Assembly: GCF_036321535.1 (NCBI RefSeq)
Contig: NC_087436.1
Coordinates: forward strand, 116,252,001 to 116,316,000
Reading direction: 5' to 3'
DNA from: Camelus dromedarius
Taxonomy: Eukaryota
DNA: 64,000 bases
Shown: positions 14,001-26,915 of the stretch, in pieces
Position numbering within the stretch: the first letter of the stretch is position 1
How the letters are laid out: each line of letters begins with the position of its first letter
Made by a program: the position numbers and the translations under genes
The notes under the pieces: generated by a model
Database searches by the model: none
What the model was told of the DNA's origin: nothing
Seen by the model: the letters and a program-made list of their open reading frames with translations, nothing else

Positions 14001-14905
14001 AAAATCATTTGACAAAATCTATCATCCATTTATGACAAAAACTCTTAATAAAGTGTGTGTAGAGAAAACACACTTCAACATAATAAAGGCCATACACAAC
14101 AATCCCACAGATAGCATTGTACTCAATGGTAAAAAGCTGAAATATTTTTCTCTAAGATAAGGATGCCTACTCTTGCCAATTTTATTTAACATAGTATTGA
14201 AAGTCCTAGCTACATTAATCAGACCAACATGATAGAGAGGAAAAGAGAGAGAGAGAGAGAAGGCATCCAGACTGGAAGGGAAGAGTAAAGCATCACTATT
14301 TGCAGATTATAAAATACTCCATATAGAAAAACCTAAAAATGTCACCAAAAACTATCAGAAGTAACAAGTGAATTCAGTAAAATGCAGGATACAAAAATAA
14401 TACACATAAATCTGTTGTATTTCTATATCTTAATAACAAAATATTAGAAAGAGAAATCAGGTGGAAAATTCCCCTTTACAACTGCATCAAAATGGATAAA
14501 ATACCTAAGAATAAACTTAATCAAGAAGGTGAAAGATTTGTACTCTAAGAACTGTAAGATATTCATGAAAAAAAATGGAATACAACACAAACAAATGAAA
14601 AGATGTATCTTGCTCATGGACTGGAAAAATTAATACTGTCAAATATCCATACTACTGAAAGGAATCTACAGATGCAATGCAATTCTTATCAAAACACCCA
14701 TGATGTTTTTCACAGATCTGGTACAAGTAACTCTAAAATTTGTGTGGAACCAAAAAAGACCTTGGATAGCCAAAGAACTCTTGAAAAAGGAGAACAAAGT
14801 TGGAGTTATCATGCTTCCTGGCTTCAAATTATATTACAAAACAATAGTAATCAAAACAGTATAGTACTGGCACAAAAAGAGACACATAGATCAACAGAAC
14901 AGAAT
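11060..14905 (+). mobile_element. Older L1 with decayed ORF1 and partial ORF2; internally deleted and 3'-truncated
   Basis: ORF1 peptide [30 protein letters not shown] (12022-12255); ORF2 RT peptides [21 protein letters not shown] and [15 protein letters not shown] (13876-14160); many frameshifts. Confidence 0.93.
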
Positions 14906-15139
14906 TATACCTGGCTCCTCTTATCAGTCAATTGTCAAATGTGAGGAAAGAACACAGGAGTGCAGTGTCAATGATTCACTCAGATCGCCTCTACTTTCTT
15001 TCATATTTATTTGTTTGTTAATTCGTTTGTTTGCTTAATGTTTAGTACATTCATTAAGTTCCTCAAGTCTTCTTTGGCTTCTCACACAAGCACCTATAAC
15101 TTTTCTTGGGAGAACTTCCCTCAATCCCCCTGCAGGAAT

Positions 15140-15469
15140 AGGTAACAGGAATGCCTGGGAATGTATTCCTCCCTGGCTGTCCTTTGATGAATAACAGACA
15201 GATGCAAGGGTGTATGCCATCCCAATTTCCTTGCTTTGATAGCAACGACTCAGGGGCATCTCTTTCAATGAAGAGTTTCTCTCTGGGACAAGGTTGGAGG
15301 CAATCCTTGGAGACGCTACCAGAGTTCTTGGTTTTCTTTGGCTCCCTCCTCTTCTCTTTCCTGCTTCTTCCACCCCCTACAGTTCTTTGCCTGGAGAATT
15401 TCCTTAATAAATCACTTGTAAAATAATTCTCACTTCAAGATCAACTTCTGGAGAACATCACTTCAAACA
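15140..15469 (+). mobile_element. LTR16-like ERVL LTR
   Basis: 'ttccttaataaatcacttgt...tctcacttcaagatcaacttctggagaacatcacttcaaaca' 3' end. Confidence 0.65.
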
Positions 15470-16285
15470 GACACTTTTGAGCAGAGCCTAAAAGCATGAC
15501 TAACCCAACAAACTCAAAGTTGGGAAAGAAGATTCTAGGCAGAGGAATCAGCAGGATCAAGGGTCCAGAGATGGGAAAGTACCTGGGAAGAAGGGAAGAA
15601 GAGTCCTCTGTGGCCAGGTGTGAGGGTGGTGATGGAGTAAACAACCTTGAGAGGCATCTGTCCTATTGGAGAAGACAGTCCTGGCAGTGGGTGAATCCAA
15701 GTTCCAAAGTTTCTCTTTTCTTTTTCTTTTGACATAAGAGTATGGGAAATGTGGGATTCGATTTAGGGAGGTAGGTGAGCAGAATTTCCTCTGGTCTATC
15801 TCTGTGGTCCAGCACCACAGGGCGTGTCTGGGTCTGTTAATGTGGAGCTGTTTACTGAGTACCTGCTCAGTGCCCACAGGGTGATATGGTGTGTATCTAG
15901 AACAGGTGACATGAATTGTGTTTTCCAGGAGCTCACACACTGGTGGAGAGGATGATAAGGTGTCCATCAGCCATGGGCTTTAAAGGAGGAGTGGCCAACT
16001 GACTGAGGACTTAGGGAAACCTCTCTTCTCTGAGAGGTGCATGAGCACTAAGTATCCAGTAGGCATTTTCGATGCAGGGTTGGGGAGGGGCAGGTGAGAA
16101 GGCATCCTGGATACAGGAAGCAAGACTAGGCAAGAGCATGTCTGTCCAGAGAGTAAGTGAGTCTAGAATGCCCCCCAACACTCTGAGTGTGGGTGCATGG
16201 CAGTCAAAGAGGCACCTAGTGGTACATTTCTTTATGCTAATGGGCTTGACATTTATAATTAGAATATAGTGAGCCAATGGATCTT

Positions 16286-16621
16286 TCATCTTTTCATCGG
16301 AGTAGAGTCAGTTTACAATGTTGTGTCAATTTCTCGTGTACAGCGTAATGTTTAAGTCACACATACACATACATATATTCCTTTTCATGTTATTTCTTAT
16401 TATATGTTACTACAAGATATTGAATACAGTTCCCTGTGCTGTACAGTAGAAACTTGTTTATCTACTTTATATACAGTAGTATCTGCAAATCCCGAACTCC
16501 CAGTTTATCCCTCCCTGCCCCCTTTTCCCCCTGGTAACCATAAGTTTTTTTCTATGTCCGTGAGTCTGTTTCTGTTATTAAGATCCACTGCAGATAAAGA
16601 CACAAATGAACTTATCTACAC
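16286..16621 (-). mobile_element. Short 5'-truncated L1 3' UTR insertion with 8-bp TSD and complex 5' junction
   Basis: Antisense L1 3' UTR; TSD 'tggatctt' at 16278-16285 and 16622-16629; the reconstructed empty site reads TT|AAGA on the element strand, an L1 endonuclease-type site. Confidence 0.85.
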
Positions 16622-17999
16622 TGGATCTTAATAACAGGAATGTTAGGATCAGTTCTTCATTGTAAGCAAGTGCTTGACAACAATGGTGGCTAGGAAGGTG
16701 ACTGTCAGCCCTGCTGCCACCAGCACAGTGTGAGTTTCCACCTTGCATTCTATCAACTATGCTGGGAATCCATGGTAGATTCTTATTTTTGATAAAAGAA
16801 ATTCTTCATTTCTCTGCTTGTATTTCTAGGCAACCATGACAGCTATGTCCCCTGAAAGTATTCACGTATAGTTTGTTTTTACATCTTTTAATTTGGTAAA
16901 TTGCCCTGTGAGATTGACACATATACTCACATGGTGTCTTTCTTTTTTGCTGCTACTTTGCTATGTCTTCGGTAACTGTCTTGCAGAACTAATAATTAGC
17001 ATACAATTAACTACAAAAGCAATCAACCCAGAAGATGCCTCCTATAATTTGCTGCTATCTCACCCGGGTCCTGCATCCCTTTTGCTGCTTGAGAACTCAA
17101 GCCTGGATAGCAAAACATTCAATTATGAGCAGTCTTAATATTGAAGCGGTACCTGGAAGCAATGCAAAATCAAACAAATTAGGGCTGCCTTGTTTTCTTG
17201 GTAGCCTGCAGAGATGGGGCCTCAGCAGGTGGCAAAATGAACACATTGACCAGAGGTCCTATGGAGTCACTGATGACGGCAACCTGGCCAAGCAAGCATG
17301 GAATCGAGAGAGGGGAGCTTTTTGTCACAGCTCTCTTTGCTTTGCTTTTAAAGCATTTGCTTAAGAAAAATAGTCTGTATTTCCAAACCTGGTTACTGCA
17401 ACAAACACAGGTCCAAGGACAGCACTAATCATTTGGTAAAAGAGGCAACTAGGAGCCATTTGTTGAAGTTTGCTCTGTGCCAAGTGCTTTATGAATAATC
17501 TTGTGAAACCCAAAATAATCCTGCCAGTGGGCCTATGATCCTTATTACAGGCTTGAAAACCTGAGACTTGGGAAGCTTAGTAGAAATTTATTGCAGTGGA
17601 TGGGTCAAGAATGAAAGGGCTATTTTAGACTTTCTGGGGAAGGACATACAGAGTGAGAGAAGATATATTCATTATTATAACATGATAGGATGTTTTGCAA
17701 ACTGAAAAAAAATTGTTTCAACATAAACAGAAGAAGGCAAAACTGAGACCAATCTGCCCATTCTGCAGGACTAGCTGAAGATAAATTTTGTATTGGTGGG
17801 ATCAGAGTTGACTGAGGTCCAGAGGGAATGTCTGCATGAAACCTATCCCAAGACAGGCTTAAACAGAATCCCTTGAGGCCCCCATGATGTTCAAGATTAT
17901 CATAATGGTGTATGGCTTGGAAAAGACTCAGAAACACTGCATTACACCACATATCCTTGCACAAGGTCACAAGATAGGAATATGCCTATCAATCATCAA

Positions 18000-18460
18000 T
18001 TAAACATAAATCCATTTACTCTTTATTGAGCAACTATTATGTACCTGGAATTTTACTAGATGCAGAGTCACAATGAGGACAAAACAGAGTTCCTCCTTCT
18101 CAGTTACCTTCTTTTGTGGGAGAGATGATGAGCAGTAAACAATAATGACAGGAAATAAGTGCTATAAGGAAAATACAAAGCAGGGAAGGGAGATAAAAAT
18201 GAGTGAGGGGATGAGGGCTGGGGGTTCCACAGGGTAGACAGGATGGGTTGACATAATACGGACATGGGAGACACCTAAAGAAGTGATACTGGAGCCAAGA
18301 CCAAGAAGCGGCAGACAAGTCCTGCAGAGAATGGCTCTGAGACACGGTGCTGGTATGGTCCATGGATAGCAAGGAGGTCATTGTGGCTTCTGGCCACTAA
18401 GGGAGGCAGCAGGAGCTGGATAGCACAAGGTCCTGTAGAGCATGGTAAGAACTCTGAATA
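18000..18460 (-). mobile_element. L2 LINE 3' fragment
   Basis: 'tttattgagcaactattatgtacctgg...gatgcagag...acaaaacagagttcct' L2 tail pattern. Confidence 0.65.
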
Positions 18461-19719
18461 ATAAACAAATAGATAAATAATAGTAATAGCAAAAACTTAT
18501 GTGTTGGACAATGTTCTAAGCAATTTCTGTGGGAAGCCTCATTGAATTCTCCCAACAACCATGCTTCATAGATGAGAAATCAGGATTGGCTCAAGGTCTC
18601 AACAGCTGGTGAATGAGGAACTGGATTTGAAAGCAGGCAGTGGGGGTCCTAAGCCCGTCCTTGTGATCATGCACTGCAATGCCTTTATAAACAATTTTTA
18701 TAATAAGAAAGCAGAATCCAGGAAATGGAGTGACTTGGGAACTATTTTACTTTCCAGAGCTTAAGGTTTTGCAGTTAGGCTCTATATGCACTTTGTCCAC
18801 CTGCATGCCCTTCAGGCTGCTGAGAGATTAATTTACTAATTACCGAGCTGGCACAAATCAATGATGGCATTTTAGAAAAGCAAAATGTTTTAAGGCTTGG
18901 GCTATTGAGTCATATTAATTCAAGAAGTCCTTAGTGGAGGGGATGGGGTTCAATTTGTGAATCAGTACAGTTTCCCAGCAAGATTTGGTACTGAGCCCAG
19001 TGAGACCCAATCACTGTTGTTAAAAATAGCGACGCAGTAGAAGAACAGATAACCTTGCCAACTGCTTCTACTACAGGCCCAGTGAAATAAATACAGCATA
19101 AATGGTAGAGGGAAAAGCACACTCAGGAACATTGCAGTAAGGGGGCTTGGGTTTTAGTCCTGCCTCTGTCACAAACTTGCTACAATTTCGGAGAAGGTGT
19201 GTCATCTTCATGCGTTTCAGTTTTCTCACTGACCAGATGGAGACAATATCTATGTTGAAGGATTTGGGGGAGAAATAAAGGACACTAAAAGACATGGCCA
19301 TTGCCCCTGTGACTGGCCTAGGGTCTGAAAGGTGATGTTCCCACCATTTCCAGGGATAGGAATGGGGCAGGAATGACCCATAATTGGGGATTATTTGTAA
19401 GGACCTGGAACTGAGAAGTATCCTTTATTACAGGAAGGGCAGGAGGCCAATTATAGGAGAAACTGGAGGTTCACACATCAAAAATCCTAAGTGTAAGCAT
19501 CAAACCAAAATGGCTCAGACCTAAAAATCAAGTCTGGGGTCAGGAACAAGCTTGGGAGCATCAAGAAGAGTCAAGAGTATGGAGTGAGGGTAGGGCAATA
19601 ACTGAGACCACAGCTCAGGACTATGGACAAAACTGCCAGTCCATTAGGTGACTGGAGGGCATGCAGAGCAGAGGTGATGTGCTGTCTCATAGCCGCCAAG
19701 TGTCTGGGAGCAATGCTCT

Positions 19720-20030
19720 GTTCTTCATTTATTCATTTGTTTTCTACATTTCTCATTTTCTTTTCATTTATCAATTCAACAAAAGCTCTTGAGTGTCTGC
19801 AATGTACTGGGGTTGTTCTGGCTACTGAGGACTGAGCAAAGGACAAAATAAGCCAGGTGCCTACTCTCATTGACCTTATGTGATCTCAGGGGAGTAGATG
19901 ATATGTATATCAATAAAGAAATTTTTATATATATAAAATGTTATATAATGAGTAACATGAAAATAAAATGGGAAAACTGTTTAGCAACTGACTGGGAGTT
20001 ACTTTGGATAGTGTGGTCAGAGAAGACTTC
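19720..20030 (-). mobile_element. L2 LINE 3' fragment
   Basis: 'tcatttattcatt...aattcaacaaa...gagtgtctgcaatgtactgggg'. Confidence 0.6.
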
Positions 20031-20310
20031 TTTTCTTCCCAGGTTTGTTTTAAAAATTAAAAAATTACAGAGCAATTGAAAGAATATGCCCCATTGATAC
20101 CACTCATGTAGATTTACAAACTGTTCACATTTTTGTCACACATGCCATGCTTTTCCTTTGCTAAATTATTTAAAATCAAATTGTAGACATCATGATACTT
20201 TATTCCTAAATACTTTAGCGTTTAGCTTGTAAAAGTTCTTCTTTTGTATATTTCAATATCATTATCACAACCAAGAAATTTGACATTAATTCAACAATAT
20301 CAAACAATAA

Positions 20311-20827
20311 TATTCCTGAGTCCAAGCTCCTGCTGTTCACAGCATGCCAGGCCAATAAATGAAGACATGAGAGGTTGGGGCAAGAAATGGTGACTTTGTT
20401 CAAAAAGCCAGCAGACCAAGAAGATGGTGGACTAGTGTCCCAAAGAACCATTTTACTTGAGTTAGAATTTAGGCTCCTTTTATACTAAAAGGGGAGAGAG
20501 TGTGGCTTGTTGTTGCAAACTTCTTGGTGCTGGAATCCTTCGTTCTTGCAGCTGCCCACATAGGACTGGTCGCAATGCTCCTATAAACTTCCAGCAAGAC
20601 AATTGTTATTTTCCATTCTACAACTTTTTATCTCTGTATGAATAAAAACATGTTATGCCTTTGAAGGTCAGAACCTTGAGAATGGGCTATCCTATATTAT
20701 TTCAGACTATAGGCAACATAATTTTCCAAAGATGTAGATCCAGCATGACTAAGCACAGGCAACAGAGGACAAGGGTTAGAGCTAAAGGAATAGACCCAAC
20801 ATGGATTCAGGTTTGTTCTCTGTTACA
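20311..20827 (-). mobile_element. ERV1-class solo LTR (about 517 bp)
   Basis: Starts 'tattcctgagtccaagctcc' (decayed TG), ends 'ctgttaca'; imperfect 4-bp TSD ataa/gtaa; internal 'aaagccagcagaccaagaagatggtggactagtgtcccaaagaacca' typical of cetartiodactyl ERV1 LTRs. Confidence 0.8.
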
Positions 20828-23450
20828 GTAATAGATTTCAGGTTTTGTGGACCTTTATGGTTTATGGGTCAGGATTTTTCAACTGAAGATGTTATTAAGT
20901 TCCTGTATAACAAAAGAGAAAACAAATTACCAAAAACTTTATATTGCTGAAATTCAAAATACAGTAATAATCAAGTACATGCTTTTGGTACTAAATGCCT
21001 AGTAATGAGAATAATGGAATTTGAGTAACACTTCACTTAATTGAGATTCAAAGTTTGTGCTTCCTCTCCTCAGATCAATTGTAAATATTCATCTGCTAAT
21101 GCTGATCTGTAATAAGGTTTTTCCTATTTCATCTTTTAAAATGATTTTTACAGTTAGATAGTGCTAAATATTGATATCAATCTACCAGCATATGACTGAG
21201 CATATTTACCATTTGGAAGGCACTTAGAGGATTTTATTAGGTTCTTTTCTATGTTTGCCTTTTAATATGTTATTACATTACAGATTAATCACTTTCAATT
21301 GAAGGTTAGGTAGAAGCTCCTCAATTGCACATTAAAATACGTTTTTAAATACAGAAATTTCCTTTACACTTGCACTGAGATCTGAAAAACACTCCTGAAA
21401 CTGTAGTTAGAGCTTTGAAAATCTATCTTTGCAATTTTGTGTGGGAACACAGATCTTGCTTCTTGTTTTAATTTCTGACAGCAGGGGAGATTATAAAGCA
21501 GGTTGGTATTACTTGTGATGCAAACATTAGTTGTCATTGAAATGACTTTACCACAGTCTACATTTTGCATTATCACTGTTTCACCTAGTAAATTCATGTT
21601 GAAATCATCTCCCAACATTTTCAAGGCTACTGCAAAATTTAATTTCTAAATCCAGTCAATGTTATACAATAGTGGTCGAGGACAGAATTGCTTTCTTTTT
21701 TTTTTTTAATTGATTTATAATCATTTTGCAATGTTGTGTCAAATTCCAGTGTAGAGCACAATTTTTCAGTTATACATGAACATATATATATTCATTGTCA
21801 CATTTTTTCCTCTGTGAGCTACCAGAAGATCTTGTGTATATTTCCCTGTGCTATACAGTATAATCTTGTTTATCTAGTCTACAATTTTGAAATTCTGTCT
21901 ATCCCTTCCCACCCCCCGCCCCCTTGGCAACCAAAAGTTTGTATTCTATGTCTATGAGTCTGTTTCTGTTTCTTATTCAGAAAAAAAAACAATTTTATCT
22001 TGGCCTGGAGCTCAAACAATTATAATAAAACTCAAAGCCAATGAACTGCTGGTAAATTCAGGATAATCAGCTTTTAGTTCTGCCCCCCCCCCAAAATTTA
22101 CAGAACTGACAATGGTTAAGTTCATGAGAGCAAATGAACTACACTACTGACATTATTAGTTCAATAACACGAGAGGTTCAAATATTTTCCACAAAGTAAT
22201 CCTTGAATTGAATACAATTAATAACCTAGGCTTCTAATATCTCACATTTTGACAAATTTTGTAAATTATACCAAGTAAACCTTTTTTTTTTTTTTTTTTT
22301 CCTGTTTTACACCTACTTACACCACCATTGAGCATAACAAATCTTAGCAGATTCCACTTCAGGTTGTACTAGAATTATTGTTTACCTCTTAAAAAAATTC
22401 TCATCTATAGTTCCCATTCATACTAATGATGGAAGCTAATTATTCAGCACAAAGAACTCAGTACAGACTTTTCAAATAAACAATTATTGAGCAGAATTAG
22501 TAACATCTGTAGACTCATCAAGAGACAGGGATACCACCTGAAGAAATTTAACTGACTATTGATGGTTCTCCCAATATCCTCAACTCTTCCATCATCTCTT
22601 CTCACAGAAAGCTAAGAGCCTGAAGTTTATTTTCTCTGGATAGTGTCTTCGGCTGCTGCATTCAACCATAATTTAATTAACTCATGGTTGGTGAATGTTT
22701 TATGTAGCTTGGCACACAAATAAGCCACTCAAAAATTTACTTTTCTTTTGAAATTTCATTTTCATGTATTACTTTTATGAAGAAATTTTGCTGTGATGGG
22801 AGACTCAGTTTCAAATGTTCTAATATTTCTGATGGTTACCTTCCTGTAAGTTAGGAATATTATGAGTGCATGGCCAAGTAATATTGATGTAGACTGCATT
22901 CCTTCAGCATAGCTACCATGTCATCACATAAGAAATTCAATATTTTGACATCTAGTTTGGTAGTAAAATAATCCACACTCCACTATGCCATAAAAGTACA
23001 TGTGACATCCACTTTTTCTCTTCTTTTTTTTTTTTTGTTTTGACAAGGTGGGATGCATTGAAAATTAATAAAATAAAGTACTATGGTGACATCTATGAAA
23101 CTCAAACCCCTGCTGAGGTATAACTATGCCTGCAACTAATTCCATGCCAACCAGGAGTGTGGAGTAATTAAAAGACCACACACAGTCTCTCTCCCAACTA
23201 CTCACTCTGTCGTGTATGAAAGCAGTCACAGATGATAAGTAAACCAGTGATAATGGCTGTGTTCTTGTCAGCTTTACTGATGAACACTGGAGTTTGAATT
23301 CCATGCAATTTTCATGCATCCAAAAATATTATTATTATGTTGATTTTTTTCAACCACTTAAAATGTAAAAAGCATTATTAGTTCATGATTATTAAAAAGA
23401 AAAACAGCAACAGATTGCAAGCTGAATTTGGCTCATTGGTTTGAGCTTTT
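20828..23450 (-). mobile_element. Cheshire/MER58-family hAT-Charlie DNA transposon with decayed transposase
   Basis: MER58-like ends. Minus-strand translation gives PCCQKLKQEARSVFPHK and a hAT C-terminal dimerisation-like 'ISIFSTI*L*KSF*KMK*EKPYYRSALADEYL' (about 21080-21190). A lysine-rich N-terminal region lies near 22900-23045. Confidence 0.82.
21698..21968 (-). mobile_element. Young 5'-truncated L1 3' UTR insertion inside the hAT transposase
   Basis: Close reverse-complement match to 32815-33092; poly-T at the left end; likely TSD 'tttctt' at 21692-21697 and 21969-21974. Confidence 0.92.
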
Positions 23451-24688
23451 CCTCTGCCCTTTTTAAACTTCTCTCCTCTCTTTCTTCTTCCTTTCTTTCC
23501 CTCCTTCTTTCCTATTTTCTTTTACCTCCTTTGGAGGGTATCAAATTTTCTCCTTTTCATTCTGAAACAAACTCAAATTAACATAAAATTTGTAAGTACA
23601 GAATAAAGAACTTTTTTTTCCCTTGAACCGATAGGCATGGTACTCCATCACAACTCAATATTTTATCCTAACAAGAAGGACATTTTCCAAATAGCCACAG
23701 CACAAACATTCAAGTCAGAAAATGAACACTGATGCATTACCATCTAACATTTACACACTATTCAAATGTTCCCAGTTGTCCTCTAGAACAAAAGGATCTA
23801 GTTCATGGTTAGAAGTTACATTTGTTTGTCACTTCTCATTAGTTTCCATCAATCTATAAGAATTTCTCAGTCTTTGATTTTCATAACTGACATTTTTGAA
23901 GATTATAAGCTAACTATTTCATAGAATGTGTAGAATGTCCTTCAGTTTGGCTTTGTTTGATGTTTATTTATGTTTTGGGTTATGCATTTTTTGGCAAGAA
24001 TATCATAGAATTGATACTAAATTCTCATTGCATCCCATCAGTTGACACACAATTTTATTTTTTCTCATAAGGAGTAAGTCATGCTCATTTTGATATCTTG
24101 ATTAAGTCAGTCTCTGTCCTACTCCTTCACTGTAAACCCACTCTTCTTCCATTTGAAATCAGTAAATAGGGAGTGGGGAGTAATTTTAAGACTCTAACAT
24201 TTCCATCAAACTTTAAAAAAAATTGTATATCACATATACAATTTTGATCAGTATATACTCATGGCTTCATAGTTTATTCAATGAGTTATAATCCTGCACC
24301 ATCATTATTATTTTGATGCTCAGGATTTTTCCAGATTTGGCCACTAGAATCCTCATGAACCTGGTTTCTACGTACTTTGACTTGCCCTATTATTCCTTAA
24401 GCACTGTTTTACTTTATCATATAACAAGATGTTTCAGATTCATCTTATATTTTCTTGGTTTCAGCCATGGAATAAGATGTTTTCCAACAAGCACTGGTTC
24501 CTCTTTGGATAACAGTATTTAGAATCCAAGATCTGGGATCTAGGTGGCTCTTGTTTCAGTCCCTCCCAGGGACATAGCTAAGGAACCAGGCCCCCTCAGT
24601 GGACGGAGCTGAGGAATATATGTATGTGTACTCTCACACACATTTACATCTAGTTTTTCTGTCTATTTATATTTAAAACTAGAAGTTC

Positions 24689-24689
<1 letters not shown>

Positions 24690-24732
<43 letters not shown>
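24690..24732. repeat. (CA)n microsatellite, about 21 units
   Basis: Perfect CA run. Confidence 0.97.
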
Positions 24733-24736
<4 letters not shown>

Positions 24737-24929
24737 CCAGTCCATACACAACACTGCAGGGTTCAGTGTAGCTTCCTTCCTTTTCTTGTTTGCAGCTCCC
24801 TTCTCCAGTGGGAGAAAACTGTCTCCCATTATACTTGATGTAGTTCCTCATTTGATCACTCTTCCTTGTACAGGGCTGATATTGGGGCCACTACCTTTAA
24901 GCGACACAGTACTCATCCCATCATCAAAG

Positions 24930-25440
24930 CTTAATGGAGTATTTATTATGTCCCATTCAACGTGCTAGGCATTTGGGAAGCAGTGGCAAATAAAAGCTTA
25001 AGACCACTAGGGAAGCCTGGTAAAAATCATCACACATATGGAGATGTAGTGTAACCTGGAAAATGTGCTCGGAAGGGTGTAAACCTTCTGGTGCCATCAG
25101 AGGTGGTAATAATGGCACCTGCTCTGTGCTCTGAGGCCAGGAGTCCTAGAGAAGTGGGGTTTTCAGTAAGAGGTAAAGAACGTCTGGTTGGACCTCAGAG
25201 AGCAGGGGATAGATGGAGTGAGTGAAGTCTGTAAGAAAAACAGCAAACAGATCATGTAGAGTCTTTTGGTCACATGAGAGTTGCTGGGCAGGTGTCCGAG
25301 TGTGGGGTCATGATCAAATTTGCATTTTCAAAAGATCCTTCTGATTACAAGCTAGGAGTAAGCTTTGTATGAAGACAGGCCAGTCAGGGAGCAACTGCAA
25401 TATCCCAGATAAAAACTGAATGTAGCTTGGACTAGGGGAC
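24930..25440 (-). mobile_element. L2 fragment
   Basis: 'catgatcaaatttgcattttcaaaagatccttctg...gaagacaggccagtcagggagcaactgcaatatcccag'. Confidence 0.65.
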
Positions 25441-26009
25441 AATTTTAATTCTCATTTAATGTGTTTTGCACGTGTACACCCATGTGTGAATAATGAGACT
25501 CGTTGTGCCTTTCCCCCATCATGTTAGTTTCCTCCTGACATGCTCTGACACATCTTTCATGACAACTTAGGAGTCCCCTCTTCTACGAACCATTCAGCAC
25601 TCATCCCACACCCACCTGTACAGCAGAACGGACCACTGCAGCCCTGAGTGCAACATCCACTTCAATATTTTCTAATATTGGAACTGTATATTTCTTTGTC
25701 TAGGTCCGCCTTTGGACTTTGTTCTCTTCAAGGTCACAGACCACATACCCAGATTGAGTTCAGGCAGACGTATTTATTTCCTGGATGAAGGATTCTTTTG
25801 TGAAGCTCAGAAGGGCAAAAGATATTTCAGTCTGTGAGTGAAGTGTCACAGACAGAGCGAAGAATGGTTAAAGAGCGATTATTTGGAAACTTACTTCTTA
25901 GCCTGGGTTCATCCCATAACTCATGCTGTGGACTTGATGGTGGGGGTGGAAGCGGGGAGCGGATCATGCCCTAGCTGGACCTCAGTTTTTTCACAGGCAA
26001 TATAATAAA

Positions 26010-26250
26010 TTACTGTTAACATGTATTGAGTGATTCCTTTGAACCAGACACTGTTATATTGGAAGCTCATATCTTGTTAAATCCTCACAACAACCTTTTG
26101 AAGTAGATACAATTTCCCTTCCTATTATGAATGATAAAATGGAAGCAAAGAGTCAGTAACTTGCCCTATTGTGTCACAGAGTCTGTACGTGGTGGCAGTC
26201 AAGGCAAACCCAGGCAGTCTAGGACCAGAGCTGGTCTTCCTCACCATGAT
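26010..26250 (-). mobile_element. MIR SINE
   Basis: 'taacatgtattgagtg...aaatcctcacaacaacc...aacccaggcagtct'. Confidence 0.75.
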
Positions 26251-26868
26251 TCTGTTTGAGAACTGCAGTAACAGTTTCTGAAGATCACCTTTCCAATCTG
26301 GCATTCAGTGATGTCCGGTGCAGCTCACGGGGAGATGGAGGTTAGCAGGCTCAGGCTGTATAGCTCTGAAACAGTATTAGCCTGTTTATATACATACAGA
26401 GGTTGTATATGTACGTGTGTGTGTGTGTGTGTGTGTGTATACACACTTATGAATCACTGTTCACATGGATAATCATATTAGGCCTACAAATAGGATAATT
26501 CACATATTATCATATTGCTGATTTTGAGATATAAAAGGTGCACTGAAATAACACAAATATATCCAAAATATCCACTTTAAATTAAAAAAGTACAGTTTAA
26601 TTTTAGACACTGGAATCCAGCACACCTGAAACTGAGTTAGTGAATAAGAAGAATAAAATATTAATATGAGCCTAACATACCCATCAAGGACAGACATTTT
26701 CGTAGCGATGGATACAATCATTAAACTGAACAGTCACGTGAAACAAGAAACCCACACACAAGGAAACTAAAGTCTGTTTGGTGCTTGTGTTAGGAACGTA
26801 TGGTGTGGCTGAGGCGTCTGGCAGATACTTCAAGCTGGTCCCGAAGATAACGGATAATGTGGTGATTG

Positions 26869-26872
<4 letters not shown>

Positions 26873-26914
<42 letters not shown>
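26873..26914. repeat. (TG)n microsatellite, about 21 units
   Basis: Perfect TG run; a shorter one lies at about 26416-26438. Confidence 0.97.

Positions 26915-26915
<1 letters not shown>

Larger units (their letters stand above)
20040..24900 (-). mobile_element. L1MC-like 3' region, present as pieces about 20040-20305 and 23540-24900 split by the hAT and LTR insertions
   Basis: Antisense L1MC-type 3' sequence ('ttgtagacatcatgatactttattcctaaatacttta', 'ttttgatgctcaggattttccagatttggccact'). Confidence 0.6.

Noticed and set aside
16932..16990. Possible minus-strand exon (LQDSYRRHSKVAAKKKDT) with a gtgagt donor
   Set aside because: Weak acceptor and unrecognised peptide.
21364..21624. 86-aa ORF as a domesticated transposase gene
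   Set aside because: Only a short part is in the transposase frame, and the surrounding sequence has many stops, frameshifts and an L1 insertion.
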